A DNA stretch of 64,000 nucleotides from an uncultured Rikenella sp. (GCA_910577885.1 CAJTNK010000002.1:21580-85579), one strand, 5' to 3'. Counted from the stretch's first letter, positions 24,650 to 34,358 are shown. Notes: a model not told the origin generated them from the sequence alone. Made by a program: numbers and translations.

Positions 24650-26773
24650 CTACTTCCCTCCTGCTGCCTTGACCATCCCGCGGTGGTCGATGGCCGACGC
24701 GCCGAAATCGCCGCGAACGGCATATTTCATGGTGTCGGTATTGAAGTCCTCTTCGCTGTTGACCCGCAAGGCTTCGTTCCCCTCCAAGTAGGCGTAATAC
24801 AGCGTATCCACGGCGTTCGGATCAGCCGACAGATACCAGGCCTTCGGGTCAGTCAAGCGCGGTTCGACAATGATGTCGAACTCGTTGGCAAACACGTTGA
24901 CGTCCGATACCTTGGCCGGAGTCGTCGCCGTTACCAGCTTCTTGGCCGTGGTTTCCAGCTCCGACGGTACGATCAGGTATTTCGGGAGTACCCGGATCGT
25001 CTTCCCGGCCATGTCTTTTTGTTTCGACAACAGCACTTTGGCCGCGGCAAGGCTATCTTCGCTCAATGCGCTGCCGGTTCCGGTAAGCAAGTTTCCGTGG
25101 TCGGCACAGAACATCGCCTTGCCGTCCGACATTCGGGCATTGTCAACGATCAGCCCCCACACCATATCGCCCCGCAAAATCCCCCAATCCCGAACGAAAC
25201 TCGACGGAATGACATCGAACGCCGACAGATCGTCATTGATGAACGCTTGCCGGGTGAACATGATACCTTCGGCGTAACTTTCCACCCGGATGGTCGATTT
25301 GCTTTCTTTCAGGGTGGTGTATTTGATTTCGCCGCCTTCGGGCACCTTCTTCATCCCGTTGGCCCCGCCGACCGTGTACAACCCTTTTTCCCGGAAATCG
25401 GAAACACTGGTCTGACGGGCGATCTTGTCCCAGTATTCCGGTGCGAACTCATACGGTTCACGCAACATCCGATCAATGACCCCTTCAAACAGCAGCTGAA
25501 AATCTCCGGTACTTTGCGACCGTTTGAAGACCCGATCAGCCAAGGCCATCTTGTCCATCCCGCGGGTGTTGATCCCCTGTTCGGCAAGCAGTTCCTTTCC
25601 CAGTTCAACGAGCGTCATCCCGCGATATTCACGGGCACCCGCATCGAGGGAGAATTTGGCCGGGTAGATTCGGTGCAACAGAGCGTTCTGTACGGCGGTT
25701 CGCTTTTTCGTCATGGCATCCAAACCGACACTGGCCTCATGTGCCCCGTTCGGCTTAGGATTCCGCTTCGCGAGCTTTTCAATCACAGCCGCCCGGCATT
25801 GGTCGATTGTCCTCTTGCTGTGGAACAACTCGATGGCATACGAATCCGGCAACCCGGCGGCACGGGTTGCACGCGTGATGGCCGACATCCGACGGCGCGA
25901 GCCGCTGCGCGCGCCGTCGTCTTCCTTCTTATCTTCTTCTCTGTCGTTTTCGTCGCCCTCCTCTTCCTCTCTTTCCTCTTCGTCGTTTTCGACCTCCTCA
26001 CCTTCGGCACCCGCATCGTGCCCTTCCTCTTCTTCGTTGGCGGGTGCCGGTTGCTCGATGATGGACACGGTGATTTCGTCCCCGACTTCACCGTCGGCCA
26101 GGGCGCCCCCCTCCACGCCGTCCACGGTGATGATGTCGCCCGCTTTCACCGCCTCGTCGGTAACGACATATTGGGTCGTTTGTCCGCGTTTTTTTGCTCG
26201 TTTACTCATAGTGGTTTGTTGTTTGTTGGAAATAATTTCGACCGCATGCGTCCGCTGACCTCCTCGGATTTCACTTTTGATGTCGGCTTGCACCGGGGCA
26301 AAGGATAGCTCGGTCGGCATCCAGTCGATCGCCCGATAGATGGGATTCTTACCGCCCGGCTGTTCGACGCGCTCGAACTTGAACACGTTGTAACCGACCG
26401 AAATATCTTTTACGATCCCGTCCGTGATGTCCTGGAACAGTTCGGCCACCTGCCCCCGCTGTGAGAATTTGATACGGGCGCACAATTCCCGCTTCTCGTT
26501 GATCCACACTTTCACCGTTCGACCGAGTTGCGCGAACACAGACCAGGTATTATGACAGTCCATCACCGGCAGTCCACGGTTGGCGCGCTCCATCCGGATC
26601 GCCCCGGCCTCGCAAACTAATACCTCGTCGTAATCCTCCTCCCAGCCGAACCGCGGCACGGGGGTTTCGGTGGCAAATACGACGTCGACTTCCCGCGCCT
26701 CCGTATCGAGCGACGCCGGTTGAACGAGTGCCCGGCCATACTGGGTGGATGCTGTTCTTTTCTGCTTAGCCAT
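24650..26773 (-). CDS. prohead protease (HK97/S78-type) - acidic scaffold - major capsid protein fusion (707 aa)
   Basis: The N-terminal ~180 aa have the S78 pattern (MDCHN..., DISVGYNV, ELSFAPVQAD). The centre has an extreme acidic run (NEEEEGHDAGAEGEEVENDEEEREEEEGDENDREEDKKEDD). The C-terminal ~400 aa resemble an HK97-fold capsid protein. Confidence 0.8.
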   Translation of the reverse strand: MAKQKRTASTQYGRALVQPASLDTEAREVDVVFATETPVPRFGWEEDYDEVLVCEAGAIRMERANRGLPVMDCHNTWSVFAQLGRTVKVWINEKRELCARIKFSQRGQVAELFQDITDGIVKDISVGYNVFKFERVEQPGGKNPIYRAIDWMPTELSFAPVQADIKSEIRGGQRTHAVEIISNKQQTTMSKRAKKRGQTTQYVVTDEAVKAGDIITVDGVEGGALADGEVGDEITVSIIEQPAPANEEEEGHDAGAEGEEVENDEEEREEEEGDENDREEDKKEDDGARSGSRRRMSAITRATRAAGLPDSYAIELFHSKRTIDQCRAAVIEKLAKRNPKPNGAHEASVGLDAMTKKRTAVQNALLHRIYPAKFSLDAGAREYRGMTLVELGKELLAEQGINTRGMDKMALADRVFKRSQSTGDFQLLFEGVIDRMLREPYEFAPEYWDKIARQTSVSDFREKGLYTVGGANGMKKVPEGGEIKYTTLKESKSTIRVESYAEGIMFTRQAFINDDLSAFDVIPSSFVRDWGILRGDMVWGLIVDNARMSDGKAMFCADHGNLLTGTGSALSEDSLAAAKVLLSKQKDMAGKTIRVLPKYLIVPSELETTAKKLVTATTPAKVSDVNVFANEFDIIVEPRLTDPKAWYLSADPNAVDTLYYAYLEGNEALRVNSEEDFNTDTMKYAVRGDFGASAIDHRGMVKAAGGK

Positions 26774-28142
26774 TTTGTGGTGGATTATCTACAAATACAT
26801 TCAGACTATCTACGGTAATGTCCATTTCCCGCAGTCGTTGGACATCCTGCTGGTACTCTTTGAAAAACTCGTCCGGTTCGCGCCCCATTTCGCGGATCAC
26901 TTCGCTAATCGTGGCCAACCCGGCCTTGATCCGTTTGACTTGCGCGTCCGTCTCTTTGGTCGGGTCCAGCTGCTGTACGCGCGGGGCCGTCCAATCGGCA
27001 CGAATAGGTTTCGTAATCTTGCCTGCGATTAGGCAGGCTTTCAAAAACCAGTTCCAAACCGGCGCGCACAACTGCGGTACGATCATGTTGTATTGCCAGC
27101 TTCGGAAGTTGGCGGTTACATCGATCTTGGCCATCCGACCGGAGGTGAAATTGACCCGGCTGTAGTCCATTGTCAGCATCTCATACGTGATACCGTACGC
27201 GGCGGCAATCCCCTGTAATATGCGGCTGGAATAGGGGTCGTAATCGCCGACAGCCGGAGGGTTGGCAAATTCGACCTTTTCGACGTCGCTCAGGTGTTCG
27301 ATGATCCCCGGCTCCAAAGCCTCGTAAGGCTCGGTGTCCGTATCTTCCGACCCCAGCACGAACGCGGCGAAACAAGCGGCGATCTTCTGTTTGACCAACT
27401 GGGCATCTTCGTAATCGCTGAAATCCCCCGTTTTCATGAAAGCGGCCACCCCGAACGGAACGCCCCGGCACTGTCCGGGCCTAAGAATCTCGAAAGCATG
27501 GGCCACGTCCGCTTTCTCCACGAATTGACTTTCGCAGCGGGTGCCGAAAAAGACGCCGTCGCCGGGGTGGTAATCGAAAACCCAATACCCAAGCACTTGG
27601 CCCTCCCGGTTGTATTGTACGCCCAGGCGCACAATCCCCCGGTCGTTAATCCCGTCCCGTGTATGGTCCAGTTGGTCGCCCTCCAGGATTTGGAGTTTGA
27701 TCGGGAGCGGGCAATCTTCATCCGGCATCACCCATCGACGCACGATCAGCACGTCGCCCCCTTCGGCAATGGTTCGCATGGCCAGTTCCTGCAACCCGTA
27801 GAAATTCAATTTGCCGTACCAGTCGCAAGCCGTGCTTTCCGCCCAGTCGTGCCAGATGTCTTTGATGTGGCGTATTTTGTCCAGATCACCAATCGGTGCG
27901 GGCTGGATACCCTCACCGATGGTGTGGCGGGCAATGACTTCGATGGCGCGTTTGGACCATCCGTTGTTTCGCACCAAGTGCCGCGACCGGTCCCGCAGCG
28001 TTACCAACGCTCCCGAAATCTCGCGATTGGCTCCGGTCGAACCGGCCAGCCGGAACGACTTGCCCCGGCGGCTTTTATCGGCGGCCTCATACGCGCGTCG
28101 CTTGGGCCGACTCCGTTTTATGTCCAACCCAAAGACTTTCAT
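26766..28142 (-). CDS. portal protein, lambda gpB family (458 aa)
   Basis: RAYEAADKSRRGKSFRLAGSTGANREISGALVTLRDRSRHLVRNNGWSKRAIEVIARHTIGEGIQP is a typical lambda-family portal N-terminus. Confidence 0.85.
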   Translation of the reverse strand: MKVFGLDIKRSRPKRRAYEAADKSRRGKSFRLAGSTGANREISGALVTLRDRSRHLVRNNGWSKRAIEVIARHTIGEGIQPAPIGDLDKIRHIKDIWHDWAESTACDWYGKLNFYGLQELAMRTIAEGGDVLIVRRWVMPDEDCPLPIKLQILEGDQLDHTRDGINDRGIVRLGVQYNREGQVLGYWVFDYHPGDGVFFGTRCESQFVEKADVAHAFEILRPGQCRGVPFGVAAFMKTGDFSDYEDAQLVKQKIAACFAAFVLGSEDTDTEPYEALEPGIIEHLSDVEKVEFANPPAVGDYDPYSSRILQGIAAAYGITYEMLTMDYSRVNFTSGRMAKIDVTANFRSWQYNMIVPQLCAPVWNWFLKACLIAGKITKPIRADWTAPRVQQLDPTKETDAQVKRIKAGLATISEVIREMGREPDEFFKEYQQDVQRLREMDITVDSLNVFVDNPPQNG

Positions 28143-28351
28143 TTTTTCGGGAAATAACCGCGATCGACCACCGCAAGCCGCCGCCGGTGCGTCGTACGTT
28201 CCGGAAACAATTCCGCCTCCATGATTCGCAAGGCTTCCTTCATGTCGGCAATAGAGCGATAGTTAACGGTTTTATCTCCGTACGTGACGGATTGGACGCC
28301 GCTAACTATGGCTCTTTTGAGTGTTTCGTATTGTTCGACAGTGAATGCCAT
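28139..28351 (-). CDS. head-tail joining protein gpW-like (70 aa)
   Basis: FTVEQYETLKRAIVSGVQSVTYGDKTVNYRSIADMKEALRIMEAEL matches the gpW pattern. Lies between the terminase and portal genes, as in lambda. Start at internal Met. Confidence 0.7.
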   Translation of the reverse strand: MAFTVEQYETLKRAIVSGVQSVTYGDKTVNYRSIADMKEALRIMEAELFPERTTHRRRLAVVDRGYFPKK

Positions 28352-28455
28352 TAGCGCATGTTTTGACGCTAATGTAGAGACCTCGCAAGTATCTAACAAT
28401 CAACTTGCGAAAACGTGGAAAGAACTTTCCAAGAAACGGGAAAATATGGAAAGTT

Positions 28456-30318
28456 TTATCTATCCCAAAAACTGCTGCGACGTCGTTTCCGTTCGCCTTT
28501 GGGCTTGGCCGATTTGCTCGGTTCTGCCTTGGTGGATAATCCGCCCAGGGCGGCCAGCTTTTCGGGCGACAAACGGTCCAAGCCGAGAATCGTTGCCGCG
28601 GCACGCGCGTATATCCGGCAGTCCAGCGGCTCGTTGCGCTCGTATTTCTTAACCCATACGGTATGGCGATAGCCGCGCACGATTTTGACGACCTGCTCTT
28701 CGGCGGTCAGGCCGCGGAAATAGTGTTCGTCGTACTCCGGGAAATGGCAGTAACCCGGCGGCGGGTTCCCGTCGCTGTCTTTTTCGAGCCGCAAATCCGA
28801 ATATAATTCGCCTTTGAGGAGCGACACCCCGATGTTCCAGAGCTTCGTTTTTCCGACACGCTTCCCGGCTTTGGTCACATCGACGGACTTGGGCGGCATG
28901 ACCGCCATTTTCTGCCCGTCCTGTCCCTTGGTCGGAATGACACGAGAACCGGAGAACCGACGGCAAAAAGTATAAACGTGCGTCGTGTTGTACCCGCTGT
29001 CCACGGCCATCAGTTGCATCGGCAGTTCCGCACCGTCCCGACGCTCCCACCGTTCGCCCACCACTTCGGCCAACTCGTCCCACACTTTTTTACCTGCCGT
29101 GTCGCCATCGATCACGCGGTAGTCGATGGAGTAGGAACGTTTGTCGGCACACCATCCCACAATCTCCAGCTCCAGCCGGTCGCGCTGGACGTCCACGCCC
29201 GCCGTGATGAAACAAACATCGTCCGGAACGCTGTTCGTCCGGTAGCTTTCCCGCCGGTTGTACAAATTCTTGAACGGCGGTGCCTCGCCCCGCTCTGCCC
29301 ACGTTTCGCCCAGGGTCGTGTTGACAAACACTTTCAGCCGGGATTGATTGTCTTTCGCCTTGACGAAGTCGGCGGCGATTTCGCCCCATGACTGCCACCC
29401 GAACGGAGAATACAGGGAATTGAGGTGGAACCCGATCGTATCCGGATTGGATTTTTCGGGTTTGCTGGCCACCCACTCGCCGTGCGCGAACATTTCGACC
29501 TTGTGCCGCTCTTCGATCCGCGCGCCGCAATGGACACACTCATAACGGGCCGTTTCCGGACGCCCATCGTCCCACTTCAACTGCGAGAAAGTCAGCGGCT
29601 GCATCCCGCCGCAATACGGACACGGGACATGGTAGTAGTTTTGATCCGTTTCCAGGAACTCGCTTTCGATGACAGACAGCCCGCTAATGGTCGGAGTGCT
29701 GACGATATAGATTTTCTTGTTCGGGAACGTGCGGGTACGGGCGATGGCCAGTTCGATCGGCGACCCTTCGCCATCCAAATCCTGCGGATACGCATCGACT
29801 TCGTCCAGGATCAGGAAACGAATCGGTACGGACCGTAGCCCGGCGGCACTGTTTGCGCCGGCGAACAGCAAAACCCCGCCGTCGAAACTCTTTTGCATGA
29901 TGGTGTTGTTGCTGTCCCTACTCTTGTTCACCGCCACGCGGGCTTTTACCTCCGGGCACATTTCGATAAGGGGATCGATACGGCCTTTGGATAACCGTTT
30001 GACCATCTCTTCCGTGGGTTGAACGAACATAGCTGGGGCCGGCGATATGTGCATGACGTAGCCGATGAAATTTGTTCCGCTTTCGGTTGCCCCGACTTGT
30101 GCCCCCTTCATGAAAACCACCTTCTTGTACGGCTCGTGAATGCTCAGACACTCCATGATTCGCCGTAGGTACGGAGTCCGGTCGGTACGATACCGCCCCG
30201 GCTCTGCCGACGACATGGGGGACAGGTATCGGTACCGGTCGGCCCATTCCGCAACCGAGATGCGCGGAACCGGACGTAGTCCCTGAAAAAATCTGCCTAT
30301 GCTCGTGTAATCACTCAT
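28456..30318 (-). CDS. terminase large subunit, lambda gpA family (620 aa)
   Basis: Walker-type FMKGAQVGATE, LILDEVDAY, and zinc-ribbon-like CPYCGG...CVHCG match the Terminase_GpA layout. Confidence 0.9.
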   Translation of the reverse strand: MSDYTSIGRFFQGLRPVPRISVAEWADRYRYLSPMSSAEPGRYRTDRTPYLRRIMECLSIHEPYKKVVFMKGAQVGATESGTNFIGYVMHISPAPAMFVQPTEEMVKRLSKGRIDPLIEMCPEVKARVAVNKSRDSNNTIMQKSFDGGVLLFAGANSAAGLRSVPIRFLILDEVDAYPQDLDGEGSPIELAIARTRTFPNKKIYIVSTPTISGLSVIESEFLETDQNYYHVPCPYCGGMQPLTFSQLKWDDGRPETARYECVHCGARIEERHKVEMFAHGEWVASKPEKSNPDTIGFHLNSLYSPFGWQSWGEIAADFVKAKDNQSRLKVFVNTTLGETWAERGEAPPFKNLYNRRESYRTNSVPDDVCFITAGVDVQRDRLELEIVGWCADKRSYSIDYRVIDGDTAGKKVWDELAEVVGERWERRDGAELPMQLMAVDSGYNTTHVYTFCRRFSGSRVIPTKGQDGQKMAVMPPKSVDVTKAGKRVGKTKLWNIGVSLLKGELYSDLRLEKDSDGNPPPGYCHFPEYDEHYFRGLTAEEQVVKIVRGYRHTVWVKKYERNEPLDCRIYARAAATILGLDRLSPEKLAALGGLSTKAEPSKSAKPKGERKRRRSSFWDR

Positions 30319-30917
30319 TTCTCCAGTCGTGCGCCGATGTCGGCCAGCTTCTCCAGCTCGTCCGCAATGGCGTTGTAGATGATGCCATGCGCTTTATTGC
30401 GGTTCGCAGCTTCCGCAATCACTTGGTCGATGATCCGATCCGGGATGACCAGCAGGGCGTTTCGTATCTCTTGTGCCGCGGCGAATAGTTCGGCATCTAT
30501 GGTTGCTTTCTCAACAAGCGATCCTTCTTTTTCCGCCAACTCCAGTTCGGCCAAACGCGCCTTGGCGATCTTCTCTTGTAGCTGAGCGTCTTCATAGGTC
30601 AAGGTTATCGCCGGATTTTCGACGTGTTTCTGTTCGGGGGTAATAAAAGCACTGTCGAAAGTTTTGATGTACCCCGCCAAAGTGAGGCGGATTTTACGGG
30701 ATGTCGGATGCGCGGCATTCATGGAGCAGTACCACGTTTTGGCCGCCTCGTGCGGGTCGAGATAGTACGGGGATGTCGCAGCGGTTCCGACACGGGCGGC
30801 AACCTGTTCCGGGATATGTCCGCGTTTGATGGCCGCAGCGATGGTCTTTGAACTTATGCCGGTCAGCTCCTCGAAATCCGATATTTTAACCCATCCCTTG
30901 GGTGCTCTCTTTTTCAT
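30315..30917 (-). CDS. terminase small subunit, Nu1-like (200 aa)
   Basis: N-terminal HTH (VKISDFEELTGISSKTIAAAIKRGHIP) plus the motif AKARLAELELAEKEGSLVEKATIDAELFAAAQEIRNALLVIPDR, typical of Nu1-type small subunits. 4-nt overlap with TerL. Confidence 0.65.
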   Translation of the reverse strand: MKKRAPKGWVKISDFEELTGISSKTIAAAIKRGHIPEQVAARVGTAATSPYYLDPHEAAKTWYCSMNAAHPTSRKIRLTLAGYIKTFDSAFITPEQKHVENPAITLTYEDAQLQEKIAKARLAELELAEKEGSLVEKATIDAELFAAAQEIRNALLVIPDRIIDQVIAEAANRNKAHGIIYNAIADELEKLADIGARLEK

Positions 30918-31030
30918 CCTCCGAACGCTTTCTGCTTCCTATGATAATTTTTCCCGCTAACTAACCGAAAACCGCGGTGCCGACTACCCCCGATGCGGAT
31001 CGCCGGAAAGAACCTACAAAAATTCGCTGC

Positions 31031-31648
31031 TCAACGATTTTGCGCGGCGATTTTAGCGACCCTATCGGTCAATATCCCGCGCACTCGTGCGGTTACTTCG
31101 TTCCCCATATACTGTTGAACATCCTGTGCGACCTCTTCGTTTACACCCATCGTGAAAGGCGATGCGGTGAATAGCTCCGTTATCCGAACCTTGCCTTTGT
31201 CGGTCTTTTCGCGCCCCGGGACAAAACCGACACGTTTCACATATCGGCCCCGGCTGAACACTCCCATGTGGCCGTTCGACATCGTTGCAATGAAAGCATG
31301 TCGAATGGCGACGGTCTTTCCTTTGTGGATGGCTACCGAGATAGAAGAACCGGTTTGTTTGGGCTTGAACGCGAATACCGGCAAACGACTTTCGTTGATT
31401 TTAATACCTCCCCACAATGTAGTACTGTTGGCTTTGGGCGATACAACAGCGACACGGGACAGGTATTTCTGCTTTATGTTGTACGCAGCCTTCACACGCT
31501 TATTTATCCGCGGAATCGATCGAGACAAGGCACTATTGATACCTTGCGCCGTTGCGCGTAATATTTCGTTCGGGGAAAGACTGTTGCGAAATTCCCGCTG
31601 GATGCGTTCGATCTCGCCCCGCTTTTCTTGGGTAAATTCAATCTTCAT
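31031..31648 (-). CDS. minor tail protein Z-like (lambda gpZ family, 205 aa)
   Basis: GINSALSRSIPRINKRVKAAYNIKQKYLSRV...INESRLPVFAF...AIRHAFIATMSNGHMGVFSR parallels lambda gpZ (AINRVASSAISQ...VNRGDLPVIKLG...IPGAFIQQLKNGRWHVMQR). Confidence 0.5.
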   Translation of the reverse strand: MKIEFTQEKRGEIERIQREFRNSLSPNEILRATAQGINSALSRSIPRINKRVKAAYNIKQKYLSRVAVVSPKANSTTLWGGIKINESRLPVFAFKPKQTGSSISVAIHKGKTVAIRHAFIATMSNGHMGVFSRGRYVKRVGFVPGREKTDKGKVRITELFTASPFTMGVNEEVAQDVQQYMGNEVTARVRGILTDRVAKIAAQNR

Positions 31649-31902
31649 CGGTTATCTGCTGTCTTTTCTTGTTCCATGGCCGTCAGTTGTTGTTCGATCT
31701 TGATGTAGGCTTCGACGGCCTTAGGGGTGCGTTTCTTAAGAAATTCAAACCAGCGGCGCGAAACACCGGCTTTGCGGCATAAGCTGGCAATGGAGATTCC
31801 GAGGGCGTTGGCCCGGCGTGTGATCTGTTGCGCCAATTCGTTCGGGGTTGGTTCTGCCATATTGTACGGGGGATTACTTCGTTCCATAATTGGCCGCCAC
31901 AT
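31645..31902 (-). CDS. small HTH protein, possible late-gene regulator (85 aa or shorter)
   Basis: The segment ISIASLCRKAGVSRRWFEFLKK is HTH-like. The true start may be an internal Met (MAEPTPNEL). Confidence 0.4.
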   Translation of the reverse strand: MWRPIMERSNPPYNMAEPTPNELAQQITRRANALGISIASLCRKAGVSRRWFEFLKKRTPKAVEAYIKIEQQLTAMEQEKTADNR

Positions 31903-32401
31903 AACGCAGCATAAATCGTTTGACTGTTCGCAACCATTCCCGGCGACTGGAACCCGCGCCGCTCAGATACGAATCTTTTGCATATTTGCCGCCTCGTTCG
32001 GCGTGTGCCCGATATTCCCGGATTTCACCGGTCAGGCACACACGTAACAGATAGCACCAATCCCATTCAAAGCATAGCGACAGTTTGTCGGCATAACAAA
32101 GCCGCGACGGCGCGACACCGTCTTTGCGGGCATAATACCGGGAATGGTAGCGGGTGAAATCGCCCCATGCCGGCCCGAACAATCGGGCCATGATCCGCGC
32201 GCCGGCCTCAACGTGCGTTTCCCCTTCCGGACCGTCCATATTGGTTTTCCCCCAATATCCCCAGTCATGTACGATGAATGCCATCCATAGCCGCGGGTCT
32301 GTCGGAAAGCCATAGAGCCGCCACCATGCCGCGGCTACCAACAGGGGGTGAATGAATAGGCAGTGCGCCCCGAACAAGAGACTTTTGGTACCGATTTTCA
32401 T
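31874..32401 (-). CDS. hypothetical protein with possible HD-type metal site (175 aa)
   Basis: The FIVHDWGYWGK...ETHVEAGARIM arrangement is H/HD-like. Start at the internal Met, forming a 1-nt overlap with the upstream stop. Confidence 0.35.
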   Translation of the reverse strand: MKIGTKSLLFGAHCLFIHPLLVAAAWWRLYGFPTDPRLWMAFIVHDWGYWGKTNMDGPEGETHVEAGARIMARLFGPAWGDFTRYHSRYYARKDGVAPSRLCYADKLSLCFEWDWCYLLRVCLTGEIREYRAHAERGGKYAKDSYLSGAGSSRREWLRTVKRFMLRYVAANYGTK

Positions 32402-32742
32402 TATTCGTTCAGTTTTTGGACAAATTGATTCAGGCGGGCGCAACCCTCGCAGTTTGGCTGACATCCGCCGTCCTGGAAGTGACACATTTGTTTGAAAGCC
32501 TCAACCGCCTTGGCCTGGCAATCGTTTACGAGGGCAAGATAGCGTTTTCGCTTGTTACAGACATCCGCAAACCGGCAATCATACTTGCCGCTGGTCCAGT
32601 CTCGCAAAAGATAAGTGCGACACTCCTTGCAATATTTGTGTATGTGGGGTTTTGTTTTCACTGTTCGGTTTGTTTCGTTTGTTTCCAGTTCTGCAATCCG
32701 TTTTTCCAACTTTCGATCTTCTTTCTTCTTCGTTTCGCTCAA
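32401..32742 (-). CDS. Cys-rich hypothetical protein (113 aa, 10 Cys)
   Basis: Charged N-terminal helix, then CKEC..x15..C..x5..C, CQ...C, GGCQPNCEGC. No family recognised. Confidence 0.4.
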   Translation of the reverse strand: MSETKKKEDRKLEKRIAELETNETNRTVKTKPHIHKYCKECRTYLLRDWTSGKYDCRFADVCNKRKRYLALVNDCQAKAVEAFKQMCHFQDGGCQPNCEGCARLNQFVQKLNE

Positions 32743-32844
32743 TACAAGATCGGCAACGCCACTGAGGGTAGGGGAAACTGTAATTTGTCGGTTCTAACTT
32801 TGCGCCACAGTGGGGGCATTTTGGTCTTCCGAAAAGTCCCATAG

Positions 32845-33447
32845 TTATTCGATTTTGATTTGCAGGTTTCGGGCCGTTACGTTTCGGCGGATGACGGTCG
32901 CGGCCAGCGGGTTGGTCTCGGCGGCGACGTGCCGGAGTAGCGTCGGGATCCCCCGGAGCCTGTCCGCCGTGTCGAACCGGAAGCGGGGACATAGCCGGTC
33001 GTTGTACTCGGTGATGAGTTCGACCAATGCCAGCGCGATGCTCTTGTACTTTGACACCTCCCTCGGCTCGGATACCCCTTCCACAGAGTCGTCGATGATC
33101 CGGTAGGCCGCTTCGCAGCGTTCGACATAGGGGCGACCGAGGTTTACTTTTCGCGTGAAGACCCGGTAGGCCGCCTCGCTGACCTCCGCCGTGAGGGCGT
33201 CCATGCGGTTCATGGCCTGTTTGGCGGCGTGGCGCAACATCCCGGCCTCCCGGAGCGCGCGGGTCAGGTCGCCCGTTGCGATGAGTAGGCATTGCACAAA
33301 GAGCAACATGTCGACTGCATAGTATGCCTGCTGCTGTTCGTCTACAGTTGGCGGCGATGGCTTCCGGTTCATTTGCTGCTGCCGAAGCAGCTGCAACCGT
33401 CCGTAATGCGTAAAGCGGGCGTGGGTTATCATTTGGTTTTTCATCAT
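32845..33447 (-). CDS. hypothetical helical protein, last gene of the ATGA-coupled modification operon (200 aa)
   Basis: The start forms an ATGA overlap with the radical-SAM stop. No motif recognised. Confidence 0.45.
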   Translation of the reverse strand: MMKNQMITHARFTHYGRLQLLRQQQMNRKPSPPTVDEQQQAYYAVDMLLFVQCLLIATGDLTRALREAGMLRHAAKQAMNRMDALTAEVSEAAYRVFTRKVNLGRPYVERCEAAYRIIDDSVEGVSEPREVSKYKSIALALVELITEYNDRLCPRFRFDTADRLRGIPTLLRHVAAETNPLAATVIRRNVTARNLQIKIE

Positions 33448-34358
33448 TGAAAATATTGTGCACACTTGAACCCCTTTCGTGGCTCAAAGTCGTTGAACTC
33501 AATCGAATTGAACAACCTTTTTTCGTTCACCCATTTCGCGAAATCGCGCTGGAATTGCGTCGGTTTGATATTGTGATCGAAATCTCGATACGGCTGCGCG
33601 AACGGCTCACATCCCGCGGCTCGAAGTTGTTCCACCCGGCGCATCGCGTCCGAAACATCCTTGACCAACACGTAGAACCACATTCGATAAGGTTGCACCC
33701 CGGCTGCCTTGAGGTTCTCAATAGCGCGCATGACCGGTTCTTCGTTCGTCGCGTGGTCATACGCCATGCGGATGTGTCGGATCCATTTCACCCGCGCCAA
33801 CAGCCGGGCGATGTCAGGACATTCGGCAATGATTCGGGCGTCCAATCCTTGGTTGAAGTCTACCCGAATACCGCGCCGGACGATCTCTTCGATTTGCGAC
33901 AGTCCGAAATCCGAAGCAAGCACGTTGTTATCAAGTAATATGGCCTGTTTGCGGTCTGCGATGAACTCCGACAACTCGGCGTGTGGGCGTATCGCACCCT
34001 CTTTCCGTGGAACCACGCACCACGGGCAGCGGTTCGGGCATCCGCGCGTCAGAAAGCCATACGCAGCCCGGAACTCCGGATACAACGAGTAATCCGGGCA
34101 GGTGTGTTCGATCTCTTCCGGCAAGGTGGTTTCGTAATCCCGATACCCGGTTCCACCCTGGACAATCCGGTCGGCGGACACAAAGAAGGTGCGTTCGGTC
34201 GAGAAGGTGAATACTTTCGACTTGTACAACACGTCGTAATGTCCGAACTCCCGCGCCCACTCCACAGCATCTCCCTGCGCCTTGTGCCATGCCGACAACT
34301 TCATCAACGCAAGATTCGGGAAATGGTGTCCGTCTATGTCGATCAGTCCGATTCTCAT
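33444..34358 (-). CDS. radical SAM enzyme with N-terminal B12-binding-like Rossmann segment (304 aa)
   Basis: CPNRCPWC (CxxxCxxC) at aa ~106-113 in GFLTRGCPNRCPWCVVPRKEG. The N-terminus MRIGLIDIDGHHFPNLALMKLSAWHKAQG resembles the cobalamin-binding-type domain of class B radical-SAM enzymes. Confidence 0.75.
   Translation of the reverse strand: MRIGLIDIDGHHFPNLALMKLSAWHKAQGDAVEWAREFGHYDVLYKSKVFTFSTERTFFVSADRIVQGGTGYRDYETTLPEEIEHTCPDYSLYPEFRAAYGFLTRGCPNRCPWCVVPRKEGAIRPHAELSEFIADRKQAILLDNNVLASDFGLSQIEEIVRRGIRVDFNQGLDARIIAECPDIARLLARVKWIRHIRMAYDHATNEEPVMRAIENLKAAGVQPYRMWFYVLVKDVSDAMRRVEQLRAAGCEPFAQPYRDFDHNIKPTQFQRDFAKWVNEKRLFNSIEFNDFEPRKGFKCAQYFQ

Noticed and set aside
24092-26308. 738-aa + strand ORF
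   Set aside because: It is antisense to the protease-capsid fusion gene, which has clear family motifs. Its translation is R/G/P/H-rich with no motifs.
32579-33502. 307-aa minus-strand ORF in an alternative frame
   Set aside because: It overlaps the 200-aa and Cys-rich ORFs. Its R/P/G-rich composition is uninformative. The ATGA-coupled frame at 33447 is the better model.
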